From an uncultured Actinomycetes bacterium (lineage in GTDB: Bacteria; Actinomycetota; Thermoleophilia; UBA2241): a DNA stretch of 64,000 bases. The notes under the pieces are model-generated. The model was not told the DNA's origin, ran no database searches, and was given only the letters and a program-made list of their open reading frames with translations. The position numbers were made by a program, and so were the translations under genes. The stretch is from assembly GCA_963767005.1 (NCBI GenBank), contig CAVYCN010000007.1, forward strand, positions 32,001-96,000, given 5' to 3'. Below, piece after piece: positions 10,301 to 19,876 of the stretch (position 1 is its first letter; each line of letters begins with the position of its first letter).

Positions 10301-11299
10301 ATGAACAAGGAACACAGTGTCAAAGTGCTGAGCGGGTGGATCATGGCGCCCGTCACCCTCGCCCTCTACGCGGCGGCCGGGGTACTGTTCTGGCAGTCGG
10401 CCGTGCACGGCACGACGACCGCCGGCGGCGGCACCCAGCCCAACGTCAGCCTGCTGATCGGCGGGATCGTATCGCTGTTCTTCGCGATCCTGTCGACGCC
10501 CGGTTACTTCACGCTGCAGCCCAACGAGGCGCGTCTGCTGATCCTGTTCGGTAACTACCGGGGCACCACGCGCCAGGGCGGCCTCTGCTGGGGCAACCCG
10601 TTCTACGCAAACGGCCCGGCATCGCAGGGCCGCTCGCGCGGCTCCGGCGGACGCGGCGGCGGCGGCGACACCGGCGGCACGCAGGCGGCCCGCCGGCTGC
10701 CGCGTTACAAGGTCTCCCTGCGAGCCCGTACCCTGAACGGCGATCGTCTGAAGGTGAACGACAAGGCCGGCAACCCGATCGAGATCGCCGCCGTCGTCGT
10801 GTGGCACGTGCAGGACACCGCGCAGGCGATCTTCGACGTCGACGACTTCGAAGCGTACGTGTCGATGCAGAGCGAGACGGCGCTGCGGCATCTGGCGACC
10901 GCCTACGCCTACGACCACGGCGAGGACGCCGACAGCGAGATCACCCTGCGCGGCAACGTCGACGACGTCTCGGAGGCGCTGCGCGAGGAGCTCAAGGAGC
11001 GCCTGGCCAAGGCCGGCGTCACGGTCGACGAGGCGCGTCTCACGCACCTCGCCTACGCGCCCGAGATCGCCCAGACCATGCTGCGCCGCCAGCAGGCCGA
11101 GGCCGTGATCGCCGCCCGCAAGAAGATCGTGCGCGGCGCCGTCAGCATGGTCGAGCAGGCGCTCAACGAGTTCAACGAGAAGAACCTGGTCGACTTCGAC
11201 CCGGAGCGACGCGCGACCATGGTGAGCAACCTCATGGTGGTGCTCTGCGGCGAGTCGCAGGTCACGCCCGTCATCAACACCGGCACGCTCTATCAGTGA
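10301..11299 (+). CDS. SPFH (band 7/stomatin) domain membrane protein
   Basis: QPNEAR..LFGNYRGT, LKVNDKAGNPIEIAAVVVW, LAYAPEIAQTMLRRQQA, C-terminal INTGTLY; SD GGAGG at 10291. Confidence 0.92.
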   Translation: MNKEHSVKVLSGWIMAPVTLALYAAAGVLFWQSAVHGTTTAGGGTQPNVSLLIGGIVSLFFAILSTPGYFTLQPNEARLLILFGNYRGTTRQGGLCWGNPFYANGPASQGRSRGSGGRGGGGDTGGTQAARRLPRYKVSLRARTLNGDRLKVNDKAGNPIEIAAVVVWHVQDTAQAIFDVDDFEAYVSMQSETALRHLATAYAYDHGEDADSEITLRGNVDDVSEALREELKERLAKAGVTVDEARLTHLAYAPEIAQTMLRRQQAEAVIAARKKIVRGAVSMVEQALNEFNEKNLVDFDPERRATMVSNLMVVLCGESQVTPVINTGTLYQ

Positions 11300-11377
11300 C
11301 GGCCGGCGACGGCACGACGGCAGCTCGGTCGGCGATGGGCGGCGGCCGGACCACGACGGCGACGGTGAGGTAGCCCG

Positions 11378-11644
11378 GTGGCGCCTCGCAAGCAGTTCCT
11401 GCTGCGCATCGACCCGGCGCTCTGGCGCGAGCTCGAGCGCTGGGCCGCCGACGACCTGCGTTCGGTCAACGCCCAGGTCGAGTGGCTGCTGCGTGGCGCG
11501 GTGCGCGCGCGCCGCTCCGGCTCCGCCGCGACGCGACCCTCGCACGGACAGGCGCCGGGCGCGGGCGGGGCGGCGGGCGGCGGCTCAGAGCCACCGCCCG
11601 CCGCCCCGCCCGACGCGCCCTCGCCCGACGCCGACGATCACTGA
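11378..11644 (+). CDS. Ribbon-helix-helix (Arc-like) DNA-binding protein associated with SPFH genes
   Basis: [33 protein letters not shown]. Confidence 0.85.
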   Translation: MAPRKQFLLRIDPALWRELERWAADDLRSVNAQVEWLLRGAVRARRSGSAATRPSHGQAPGAGGAAGGGSEPPPAAPPDAPSPDADDH

Positions 11645-11759
11645 AGCGGCCTCCCGGGAACCAGACCGTATAGGGCGACCGGCGCGTTGCCCGCGCTCGG
11701 CGGTGTAGTCTTCTCGAAGGGGCGCGGGCGGGCACGCCGTGGCCCACGAGGAGGACGGC

Positions 11760-12455
11760 ATGGACGAGGTCGCACGCCGTATCTGGCGCTGGACGACACG
11801 CCACCCCGAGTGGCACACGCGCATCGAGTGGGGGCACGAGGTGGCGAGCTTCGCCCTGGTCGCCGACGGTCTCACGCTCGTCGACCCCCTCCTCCCCGCC
11901 CCCGGCTCGCCGACCCGCGCCGCGGTCGACCGCGGCCTCGAGCGCCTGGCCCGCGACGCCGAGCGGCTCGACATCCTGATCACCATCCCCTACCACACGC
12001 GCAGCGCCGAAGAGCTCTACTTCCGCTACCGCCGCGCGTTGCCGACGGCGATCTGGGGACACCGCGCCGTCGTGCGCCGGCTGCTCGACCCGGACACGCC
12101 GCTGACCGAGATCGTGCCCGGCCAGGCCGTGGCCGGCGTCGCCCTGGCGCTGCCCATCGGCAAGCCGCGGCGCTCCGAGACGCCGCTCTACTTCGCCAAG
12201 CACCGGGCGCTCGCGTTCGGCGACGCGGTGATCGGCTTCGAGGGCGGGCTGCGAGTCTGGCAGCAGGCTTCGACCGATCCGCACTGGCACGACCACGTGT
12301 TCCTGCCGACCATGCGGCCGCTGCTCGACCTCGACGTCGAGCGGGTGCTCGTCACGCACGGCCCCCCGGTCCTGCACGACGGCCGCGAGGCGCTGCGCGC
12401 GGCCATGGCCGCCCCCCTGTGGGACTACCCGCGCGACGAAGTCACGCCTGGGTGA
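11760..12455 (+). CDS. Metallo-beta-lactamase-fold-like hypothetical protein
   Basis: LVDPL, ITIPYHTRS, FGDAV, LVTHG pattern; SD GAGGAGG. The last ~10 codons come from the repeat unit. Confidence 0.7.
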   Translation: MDEVARRIWRWTTRHPEWHTRIEWGHEVASFALVADGLTLVDPLLPAPGSPTRAAVDRGLERLARDAERLDILITIPYHTRSAEELYFRYRRALPTAIWGHRAVVRRLLDPDTPLTEIVPGQAVAGVALALPIGKPRRSETPLYFAKHRALAFGDAVIGFEGGLRVWQQASTDPHWHDHVFLPTMRPLLDLDVERVLVTHGPPVLHDGREALRAAMAAPLWDYPRDEVTPG

Positions 12456-12653
12456 GCGCCGACGACGAAGTCGCTCGGCGGACTACCCGCGCGACGAAGT
12501 CACGCCTGGGTGAGCGCCGACGACGAAGTCGCTCGGCGGACTACCCGCGCGACGAAGTCACGCCTGGGTGAGCGCCGACGACGAAGTCGCTCGGCGGACT
12601 ACCCGCGCGACGAAGTCACGCCTGGGTGAGCGCCGCCGACGAAGTCGCTCGGC
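12422..12653 (+). repeat. Four tandem copies of a 58-bp unit (member of the dispersed CTAG repeat family)
   Basis: Unit GGACTACCCGCGCGACGAAGTCACGCCTGGGTGAGCGCCGACGACGAAGTCGCTCGGC at 12422, 12480, 12538 and 12596; one substitution in copy 4; no spacers. Confidence 0.95.
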
Positions 12654-12754
12654 GCGACTCGAGCGCCACGAACAGCTAGACTCAGGGCGGTACGGCCAGG
12701 CCGCTTCGGTCCGGGCGGTGCCAGGCCAACCGGCGGCGACGAAGGAGCCCGGCC

Positions 12755-13153
12755 ATGACCCTCTTCTTTCAGCGAGGCGCGATCGACGGGGACCACCTGC
12801 GCTTCGTGTTGCGCATGCTCCCCGCCGACATCAGCTTCGCCGACGAGAACGACGTGCTGCGCTACTGGTCGGGGAGCACCTACCGCACCTGCGACCCGCA
12901 CTTCATCGGCAAGGACGTGCGCGCCTGTCACCCGGCCGAGTCGCTCGAGACTCTCGAGGCCATCCTCGCCGCCTTCAAGAGCGGTGAGCGCGACGTGGCC
13001 GAGGGCTGGCACGACGAGAACGGCCGCTTTTGCTACACGCGCTACGTCGCCGTGCGCGACGACGCCGGCGCCTACCGCGGCATCCTCGAAGTAGACGAGG
13101 ACCTCACCGACCTGCGCGCGCTCGAGGGCGCACAGACCCTGCCGGGCTGGTAG
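12755..13153 (+). CDS. Stand-alone PAS domain protein (PAS_10 / DUF438-associated type)
   Basis: LPADISFADENDVLRY, IGKDVRACHP, RYVAVRDDAGAYRGILEV; SD AAGGAG. Confidence 0.85.
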   Translation: MTLFFQRGAIDGDHLRFVLRMLPADISFADENDVLRYWSGSTYRTCDPHFIGKDVRACHPAESLETLEAILAAFKSGERDVAEGWHDENGRFCYTRYVAVRDDAGAYRGILEVDEDLTDLRALEGAQTLPGW

Positions 13154-13297
13154 CGGGAGCGCGGGAGCGGCGCGGCGGCGGACCCGAAGTCGGACAGGCG
13201 CAGGCGCAGCGCCGGCGATCGACGGGTCGGACAGAGGGCGCCGTGCGGGTGAGCGCCGGCTCGAAGGTCGAGAGGTGATCCCGCAGGCGGGGCCGCG

Positions 13298-13993
13298 CTA
13301 CGCGGACGCGGCGAACTCGTGCACGCAGGCGGGGTCGCCCTCGAGCAACGAGGCGGTCATGCGATGGCCGGCGGGGTCGGCGCCGAGCAGCCCGCACAGC
13401 AGGCCGCTGCCGAGACCGCATACGAGGTCTGGGTGCTCGACCGCGACCTCGCGGTACACGCAGTTGCCGACCGCGAGCACCACGGTGCCGTCGGCGCGTC
13501 GTTCGACGTGCGGGCTGCAGCCGGCCGCACCCAGGTAAGCGATCACCGCGCCCAGGTCGCCCGCGCGGTGGCCGTTCGACGACAGGCCGGCGGCCACCTC
13601 GCGACCGATCTCGTAGCCCACCTCGTGAGCCACCATCGCCGGATCGCCGTCGAGCCGCCCCGCCACGCGCGCCAGCATGCCGGCCAGGCCCTGATAGCGC
13701 CGCGGCGGCACCTGGATGTCGAGGCGCGACGCCGCCGGCGAGTAGACCTTGGCCGGGCGGCCGCCGCGCGGGTTGCGCCGCGTGCCCACGGTGAGCAGAC
13801 CGGCCTGGGCGAGCTTCTCGAGGTGTGAGCGTGCGACGGTGCGGTGCAGCCCGAACACGGCCGCGACCTCGCTCGCCGACACCGGCTCGACCGCCCCGAC
13901 CACGTGCTCGTAGATGCCGAATCTGGTGGAGTCGCCGAGGGCGGCGCCGACGGTGCCGAGGGCGGACAGGTCCCATTGTCGCACGATTTCCAT
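13298..13993 (-). CDS. ArsR/SufR-like HTH transcriptional regulator with C-terminal cysteines
   Basis: HRTVARSHLEKL..GGRPAKVY, RRY, NCVYREVA..LVCG..ACV. Confidence 0.85.
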   Translation of the reverse strand: MEIVRQWDLSALGTVGAALGDSTRFGIYEHVVGAVEPVSASEVAAVFGLHRTVARSHLEKLAQAGLLTVGTRRNPRGGRPAKVYSPAASRLDIQVPPRRYQGLAGMLARVAGRLDGDPAMVAHEVGYEIGREVAAGLSSNGHRAGDLGAVIAYLGAAGCSPHVERRADGTVVLAVGNCVYREVAVEHPDLVCGLGSGLLCGLLGADPAGHRMTASLLEGDPACVHEFAASA

Positions 13994-14023
13994 CGTTTCG
14001 TGACTATACGCCCCACGAACGAC

Positions 14024-14039
14024 CGTGACAAAGGTCACA
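14024..14039. promoter_or_regulatory. CRP/FNR-family-like site between divergent genes
   Basis: cGTGA-caaagg-TCACa matches GTGA-N6-TCAC. Confidence 0.5.
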
Positions 14040-14138
14040 ACGTTACGCAGGAGACCCGAGCTTGCCGCGTGCGCCGCCTGGGTATCTCGGGGTGACGCCG
14101 CCGCGCGGCGTGCCCCGCTACCGGCCGAAAGGACCGCC

Positions 14139-14336
14139 ATGATCAAGGTGAGGAGCTTCACGACCCCGATCAAGATCTTCGCCACCATCCGTGAGCTGAC
14201 CGAGCTCGACGAGACGGTCTCGACGTTCCTGGCCGACGAAAAGGCGACCGTCGTCTACTCGGTGAGCGACGCGGCGACGGCCGGCGACACCGGCGAGACC
14301 ATCGGCCTGATCCGGGTCGTCGCCTACGAGGCCTGA
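14139..14336 (+). CDS. Small hypothetical protein (65 aa)
   Basis: MIKVRSFTTPIKIF...GETIGLIRVVAYEA; SD AAAGGA; strong GC3 codon bias. Confidence 0.75.
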   Translation: MIKVRSFTTPIKIFATIRELTELDETVSTFLADEKATVVYSVSDAATAGDTGETIGLIRVVAYEA

Positions 14337-14401
14337 GTCAGCGAGCTTCCCGCTCCCCGCCTCCAGTCAAGGAGCCCCCGCTCCCTGCCGATGAGCGGGG
14401 G

Positions 14402-15625
14402 GTGGGACGCGGGCCAAAAGGAATCGACGCGCGCAGCGGCGCGCTCACGGCGGCGCTTGCCGCGTCGCTGGCGGCGACGTTCGCCCTGGCGCTCACCGGC
14501 GCCGTGGCGCTCACGACGGGCTGCGGCGGCGCGGCGGCGGGCGGCGGCAGCCACAACGCCGCGAGCGCCGCCGATCCGTACCAGGCGCTGCGCAGCCCAG
14601 GACCGGCTCCCTCGCCTCGCGCCGGAGCCCGGGTCTGGACGGTGGGCATGCCGCTGCTCGTGGTGACGAGCGCCGACGGCGGCGCGACGTGGCGCACGGC
14701 CGGCCGCACGACGACAAAGGATCCCTTCACACAGGTGCTGTTCAGCGTCTGCCTGGCCGATGCGCGGCACGGCTGGGCGGTAGGCAAGGGCTTGGCGATC
14801 GTCGCCAGCGCCGACGGCGGCGCGACGTGGACGAGCCAGCGGCCGGGCACCAGCGCGGGCGACCTGCTCGCCGTGACCGCGACCGACGCACGTCACGTCT
14901 GGGCGGTGGGCTCGACACACGACGGCCGGACCCTCGGGCTCGTGCTCGCCAGCGCCGACGGCGGCCGCACCTGGACGACCCAGTACGACGGCAGCGACGC
15001 CCTTTGCGCCGTCACCTTCGTCGATGCCCGTCACGGCTGGGCGGCCGGCACCACCGGCATCCTGGCCACGAGCGACGGCGGCGCCCACTGGGTGCTGCAG
15101 CGCCCGTTGTCGCGCTTCTACCACCTGAACGACGTGACCTTCGTCGATGCGCGGCACGGCTGGGCGGTGGGCGGCACCGGCAGCGCCGTCGTGAAGCCCG
15201 GCTTCATCACGGCGACGACCGACGGCGGCCGGCACTGGCGCCGGCAGCTCTCGGGCTCGCGCGACCGGCTGAACGACGCCTCGTTCGTCAGCGAGCGGCG
15301 CGGCTGGGTCGCGGGCAACCAGGGTCAGCTCTACGCGACGACCGACGGCGGTGCGCACTGGACCCTCACCCAGATGGATCCGCACTGGGAGCTCGGCGCG
15401 GTGTCGTTTGGCGACGCCCGGCACGGCTGGTTGATCGTCCACCCACGCTGGGCGCCCAACGTCGTCGCCGCGACCGACGGCGCCGCGTGGGGCGATCTGC
15501 GCCAGCTCACGCTGCTGGCGACGAGCGACGGCGGCGCGCACTGGTCGGCCGTGCTCCCGGCCCGCGACGTGCCGGCCCCCGCGATCCTCACCGACGTCGC
15601 GTGCCGCGAGGCCGGCGGGCAGTAG
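14402..15625 (+). CDS. Exported YCF48/BNR-repeat beta-propeller protein, probable lipoprotein
   Basis: Hydrophobic signal with LTTGC lipobox; repeated SxDGGxTW and FVDARHGWAVG units. Confidence 0.85.
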   Translation: MGRGPKGIDARSGALTAALAASLAATFALALTGAVALTTGCGGAAAGGGSHNAASAADPYQALRSPGPAPSPRAGARVWTVGMPLLVVTSADGGATWRTAGRTTTKDPFTQVLFSVCLADARHGWAVGKGLAIVASADGGATWTSQRPGTSAGDLLAVTATDARHVWAVGSTHDGRTLGLVLASADGGRTWTTQYDGSDALCAVTFVDARHGWAAGTTGILATSDGGAHWVLQRPLSRFYHLNDVTFVDARHGWAVGGTGSAVVKPGFITATTDGGRHWRRQLSGSRDRLNDASFVSERRGWVAGNQGQLYATTDGGAHWTLTQMDPHWELGAVSFGDARHGWLIVHPRWAPNVVAATDGAAWGDLRQLTLLATSDGGAHWSAVLPARDVPAPAILTDVACREAGGQ

Positions 15626-15661
15626 CCGCCCCGCGGGCAGGCGCGCGCAAGGCGCGCCGCG

Positions 15662-16201
15662 TCAGTCGTGTGGCGTGCCGAGGAAGAGCCCTTTCGATGA
15701 GCCTGCGGCCTTCGGCAGGTCGTCGGTTATCTCGTAGTAGTCGCCGGCCTCGCTCAGCCAGATGTGGCCGGCGCCCTTGACGCCGGTCGGCGGGTCGACG
15801 CTGCCGGCCGAGATGTAGACGTACTCGTAGCCCTGCGGGTCCCAGAAGACGCTCGCGCCGCACTGCCCGCAGAAGCCGCGCCGCACGTTGGGCGTCACGT
15901 CCTTGTCGGTGTGGTACCACCTGAGCGTCTCCTGCCCGGTGGTGACCAGGTCCTCGCGCCGCGCCGACGTGTAGGCCGAGAAGTTGCCGTGCGTGCGCCG
16001 GCAGTTCTCGCAGTGGCAGAACAGGATGTCGCGCAGCGGACCGCGCACCTCGTACCGCACGCCGCCGCAGAGGCAGCCGCCGGTCGCTTTGCGCTCGTCA
16101 CGGCCGGTCGCCTCGCCGTCGTCGCGGTCGCCTGCCGTACGCTCGCCGCAGCCGGCCGCCTCGCGGTCGCCTGCCGTGCTCCGTGCCGATTCGCCCGCCA
16201 T
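15662..16201 (-). CDS. GFA/CENP-V family Zn-binding protein
   Basis: GGCLCGGVRY, CHCENCRR, RGFCGQCGAS; SD GGAGG. Confidence 0.9.
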   Translation of the reverse strand: MAGESARSTAGDREAAGCGERTAGDRDDGEATGRDERKATGGCLCGGVRYEVRGPLRDILFCHCENCRRTHGNFSAYTSARREDLVTTGQETLRWYHTDKDVTPNVRRGFCGQCGASVFWDPQGYEYVYISAGSVDPPTGVKGAGHIWLSEAGDYYEITDDLPKAAGSSKGLFLGTPHD

Positions 16202-16285
16202 CACGGCACCTCCAGTCGTCGGGGGTCGTTCGGCCCAATCGTCGGCCGCCATCTCGGCGGCGAGTATCGTCGTCTTTTTCGGGCA

Positions 16286-16315
16286 GGTCAACGATGTGAT
16301 TGACCGAACTTGACC
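16286..16315. promoter_or_regulatory. Candidate operator between the GFA and DeoR-family genes
   Basis: GGTCAA (16286) inverted relative to two direct TTGACC copies 10 bp apart (16300, 16310). Confidence 0.45.
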
Positions 16316-16358
16316 GTTCAGTCACACTTGCGATCACCCGACGAAGGGGAGACCGCTC

Positions 16359-17156
16359 ATGGAGCAGGCGCAGGCGGGATCGGCGGCCGAACGTCTCGTG
16401 GCCGAGGAACGGCGGCGACGAGTCGAGGAGCTGCTGCGCCGGCAGGCAGTCGCCTCGCTGTCCGAGGTCATCGAGGTCACGGGGGCCAGCGAGGCGACCG
16501 CGCGGCGCGACCTCGCCCTGCTCGAACGCCTCGGCCGACTCGCGCGCACGCGCGGAGGCGCGCAGGCGATCCAGCGCCACTCCACCCTCGAGGAGGAGTT
16601 CGAGATCCGCCAGAGCCGGGACCGCCGCGAGAAGCGCCTGATCGCTCAGCAGGCGGCACGGCTGATCGAGGACGGCATGACCGCCTTCCTGACCGACGGC
16701 ACGACCTCGTACGCCCTGGCCCAGTGCCTCGTCCACCGGCATCTCACGATCATCACCGGCGCCCTCAACATCGCGCAGTTGCTGGCGGGCAGCGCGGGCA
16801 TCGAGGTGATCGTGCTCGGTGGGCGGCTGCGCGCGACCTCGTTCGGCACGACCGGCCCCCTGTCGCTCGACACCATCCGCGCCCTGCACGCCGACGTCGC
16901 CTTCGTCGCGCCCGACGGCGTCACGCTCGCGGGCGGCGTGCGCGACTTCTCGCTCGACGACGCGGCCTCGGCCCGGGCGATGAGCGAGAGCGCCGCGCGG
17001 ACCGTCGTGCTGGCCTCGCCCGGCAAGATCGGCTTCGACGCGCGGGCGCGGATCGTCGACTGGCCTCAGGTCGATACGCTCATCACGGCGCGGCCCCCGG
17101 CGCCGTTCGCCGAGGGGCTCGCCGAGCGCGGCGTGCGCGTGTCGCTGGTGACGTGA
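16359..17156 (+). CDS. DeoR/GlpR family transcriptional regulator
   Basis: SEATARRDLALLE..RTRGGA HTH, EKRLIA, DGTT. Confidence 0.93.
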   Translation: MEQAQAGSAAERLVAEERRRRVEELLRRQAVASLSEVIEVTGASEATARRDLALLERLGRLARTRGGAQAIQRHSTLEEEFEIRQSRDRREKRLIAQQAARLIEDGMTAFLTDGTTSYALAQCLVHRHLTIITGALNIAQLLAGSAGIEVIVLGGRLRATSFGTTGPLSLDTIRALHADVAFVAPDGVTLAGGVRDFSLDDAASARAMSESAARTVVLASPGKIGFDARARIVDWPQVDTLITARPPAPFAEGLAERGVRVSLVT

Positions 17157-17215
17157 CAACGCCCGTGCTCTGCTTCGCGCCGCCCCGGTCGCCCGTGGCC
17201 ACGGTCACGGCCGGC

Positions 17216-19294
17216 TCAGCTCGGGGAGCGGCCGGGAGTCCGGTTCACGGCGACGGCCCCGAGCCGGTCGAGACCCGCCGTCTCGCCCACCAGCGACAGC
17301 AGATCGCCGGCCCGCACGACGGTGCGGCCCGCAGGCAGGACGACCTCGTCGCCGCGCACGATGGACGTGATGACCGCCCTGTTTTGCAGGCCGAGGTCGC
17401 GGAGCCTGCTGCCCACCGCCGGCGAGTCGGGCGCGACCTTCACTTCGAACGTGCCGCTGCTCGCGTCCAGCCCGCTCACGCGGGCGACGGTGGCCAGAAG
17501 CTCGCGCCGGTAGGCGCCGAGCAGATCGGAGATCGACAGCGTGCCGACCACCCTTCGGTCGGAATCGAGGACCGCGACCCACGACGATGACGCCTCGGTG
17601 AGGGACTCCAGAGCCGAGTCGAGGTACGCCGTGACGGACGCGGTCGGGACCGCAGTATCGGCAAGGTCGCCTGCTCGCGGTCCACGAGTGCCCGCGGTGT
17701 CGAGCGTCGACCTCGACAGCGACCCGACGAAACGGCCTTCGGCATCGACCACGGGCGCACCGCTCACCGCGGCGCCGGCGACGGCAAGCCGCGCTTCGTC
17801 GGAGCTCAGGCCTTCGTCCAGTACGAGGCGTGGCGACGCCATGGCTCGCGCCGTGCCGATCGTGGCGAGCAGGGGCAGGCCCGCCAGCAGCCGCCGGGCC
17901 GGCGCCTCGGCGCGGTTGCGCAGCTGGCTGCGGTAGATCGTGTCGTCGCTGTGGCGCACGATCAGCCAGGCGATGCCGACGGCGATCATCGCGGGCGCCA
18001 GCATGGAGAGGCTGCCGGTCATCTCGGCCACCATGAGCATGACGGCAAGCGGCGCCCGCGAGATGCCGCCGAAGCAGCACATCATGCCGATAATCACGTA
18101 GGGCGCCGGGTTGTGCCCCATGGACGGCGCCAGAGGTTCGAACACGCGCCACACACCGGCGCCGAGGAAGGCGCCGATCACCATACCCGGGCCGAAGATA
18201 CCGCCCGAGCCACCGGAGCCGATGGAGAGCCCGGTGGCGAGGATCTTCGCGAAGGGCAGGACGAGCACGATCCAGAGGGGGATCGTGAGGAGCTCGGGGG
18301 TGAGACCCTTCTGCACCCACCCGTACCCCGTGCCGAGGATCTGGGGGACGAAGATGGCCATGATGCCGACCAGCAGGCCGCCGACGGCGGGCGCCGCCCA
18401 GCGGGGCAGCGGCAAGCGGCGGAACAGGTCCGCGATGCCGTAGAAGCCCTTGGCGTAGAGCAGGCCGAGCAGGCCGCCGAGCAGGCCGATCAGGGCGAAC
18501 CAGGCGAGCTGGCTCGAGTCGGTGAAGCGGTAGCCGCCGACGTAGCCGAACAGCGGCGAGAACCCCTCGACGGCGCCGAAGACCAGGGTGCTCGCCGTCG
18601 AGGCGATGAAGCACGGCAGAAGTGCCGCCGGTTCGAAGTCGTCGCGGTAGAGGATCTCGGCGGCCAGCACGGCGCCGCCAAGCGGAGCGCCGAAGATGGC
18701 GCCGATGCCCGAGCCGACGCCGGTGGCCACCGCCACCCGGCTGTCGGCCGGCTGCAGATCGAGCAGGCGGGAGAGCAGCGAGCCGAACCCCGCGCTGATC
18801 TGCGCGGTCGGTCCCTCACGGCCGCCCGAGCCCCCCGAACCGATGGTGAGCGCCGACGCGACGATCTTGACGACCACCGCCCGGAACCGCAGGCCACGGG
18901 GATTGTGGTGCACGGCCGAGATGGCGGCGTCGGTCCCGTGGCCCTCGGCTTCGGGGGCGATGCCGAAGACGAGCAGCCCCGCGAGCAGCGCCCCGCCACC
19001 GGTGATCAGAGGCAGCAGCCACTCCCGCGCGCCGGACGATGATTGCGCGAAACCGCGCTCGCCGGCCGGGGTCGGCACCTGATAGCCGGCGAAAACGCCC
19101 AGGAACAGCCGCGTGCAGACGGCGAGAGCCTCGTAGAAGACGACCGCCCCGAGACCTGCCACCACGCCGATGGCGATGCCCAGCACGATCCACTTCCGCA
19201 AGTACGAGCCCGTCGACAACCAGCGGCCGATCCGCGCTCCGGCGGCACGCCCTCTGGCGCGCAAGGAACGAGCGGCAAGCTCGTCGCCGCTCAC
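17216..19294 (-). CDS. ClC chloride channel/antiporter with CBS domains and C-terminal TrkA-C (RCK-C) domain
   Basis: GHGTD, GSGGREGPT, GGIFGP motifs; GTG overlaps marR stop. Confidence 0.9.
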   Translation of the reverse strand: MSGDELAARSLRARGRAAGARIGRWLSTGSYLRKWIVLGIAIGVVAGLGAVVFYEALAVCTRLFLGVFAGYQVPTPAGERGFAQSSSGAREWLLPLITGGGALLAGLLVFGIAPEAEGHGTDAAISAVHHNPRGLRFRAVVVKIVASALTIGSGGSGGREGPTAQISAGFGSLLSRLLDLQPADSRVAVATGVGSGIGAIFGAPLGGAVLAAEILYRDDFEPAALLPCFIASTASTLVFGAVEGFSPLFGYVGGYRFTDSSQLAWFALIGLLGGLLGLLYAKGFYGIADLFRRLPLPRWAAPAVGGLLVGIMAIFVPQILGTGYGWVQKGLTPELLTIPLWIVLVLPFAKILATGLSIGSGGSGGIFGPGMVIGAFLGAGVWRVFEPLAPSMGHNPAPYVIIGMMCCFGGISRAPLAVMLMVAEMTGSLSMLAPAMIAVGIAWLIVRHSDDTIYRSQLRNRAEAPARRLLAGLPLLATIGTARAMASPRLVLDEGLSSDEARLAVAGAAVSGAPVVDAEGRFVGSLSRSTLDTAGTRGPRAGDLADTAVPTASVTAYLDSALESLTEASSSWVAVLDSDRRVVGTLSISDLLGAYRRELLATVARVSGLDASSGTFEVKVAPDSPAVGSRLRDLGLQNRAVITSIVRGDEVVLPAGRTVVRAGDLLSLVGETAGLDRLGAVAVNRTPGRSPS

Positions 19295-19773
19295 AGGTCC
19301 CACCCGCTGCTCCACTCCTGCTCGGGGACCTCGTCGGCGCTCTCGGCAAGACGGCCGAGGGCGGCGACCAGGGCGGGACGCTCGCCGGGCGGCACGGGGG
19401 CAAGCAGCGCGGCGATCTCCCGGCGGCGATTGGCGGTCACGCCGTCGATCAGGCGGCGGCCGGCCACGCCGAGCGCGATCCGCACCTGGCGGCGGTCGTT
19501 GCGGTCGACGCGCCGGTTGACCAGGTGCTTGCGCACGAGCTGCTCGCACATGCGCGAGGCGGTCGGCGGCGTGACGGCCAGGGAGTCGGCGAGGGCGGCG
19601 AGGCCCTGGGGCCCGCGTGAGGCGAGTACGACGAGGGCCCGATACTGCGTGAGAGTGACCGCTTCGCCCGCGTCGGACAGCGAGCGCGCGGCGATCGCCA
19701 CCAGGACACGGCTTGCCGTGAGCACGGCATCGACCACCGCGTCCTGGCCGACCCCTTTCCGGTCATCGTTCAT
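19291..19773 (-). CDS. MarR family regulator (paralogue 1)
   Basis: TLTQYRALVVL, VTPPTASRMCEQLV, DRRQVRI. Confidence 0.92.
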   Translation of the reverse strand: MNDDRKGVGQDAVVDAVLTASRVLVAIAARSLSDAGEAVTLTQYRALVVLASRGPQGLAALADSLAVTPPTASRMCEQLVRKHLVNRRVDRNDRRQVRIALGVAGRRLIDGVTANRRREIAALLAPVPPGERPALVAALGRLAESADEVPEQEWSSGWDL

Positions 19774-19812
19774 AGGCTAATTATTGCACGCGCGGATGGT
19801 CGCTAGCCTTGT

Positions 19813-19855
19813 GGGCGAAGGAGGCGGCCCTCAGGCCGCCTCCTCGCCTTCGCCC
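19813..19855 (-). terminator. GC-rich hairpin downstream of the pilin gene
   Basis: GGAGGCGGCC/GGCCGCCTCC stem, with an outer GGGCGAAGG/CCTTCGCCC pair; no U-tract. Confidence 0.55.
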
Positions 19856-19876
19856 GATCGCGCTTCAGCTCGCGGG

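Noticed and set aside
12422-12653. CRISPR array
   Set aside because: The units are contiguous and identical with no variable spacers, and there are no cas genes in the window
12568-12987. ORF starting within the tandem repeat
   Set aside because: It is a translation of the repeat and overlaps the real PAS gene out of frame
16122-16177. Short direct repeat in the GFA gene N-terminus
   Set aside because: A small in-frame duplication in a low-complexity extension, with no sign of function
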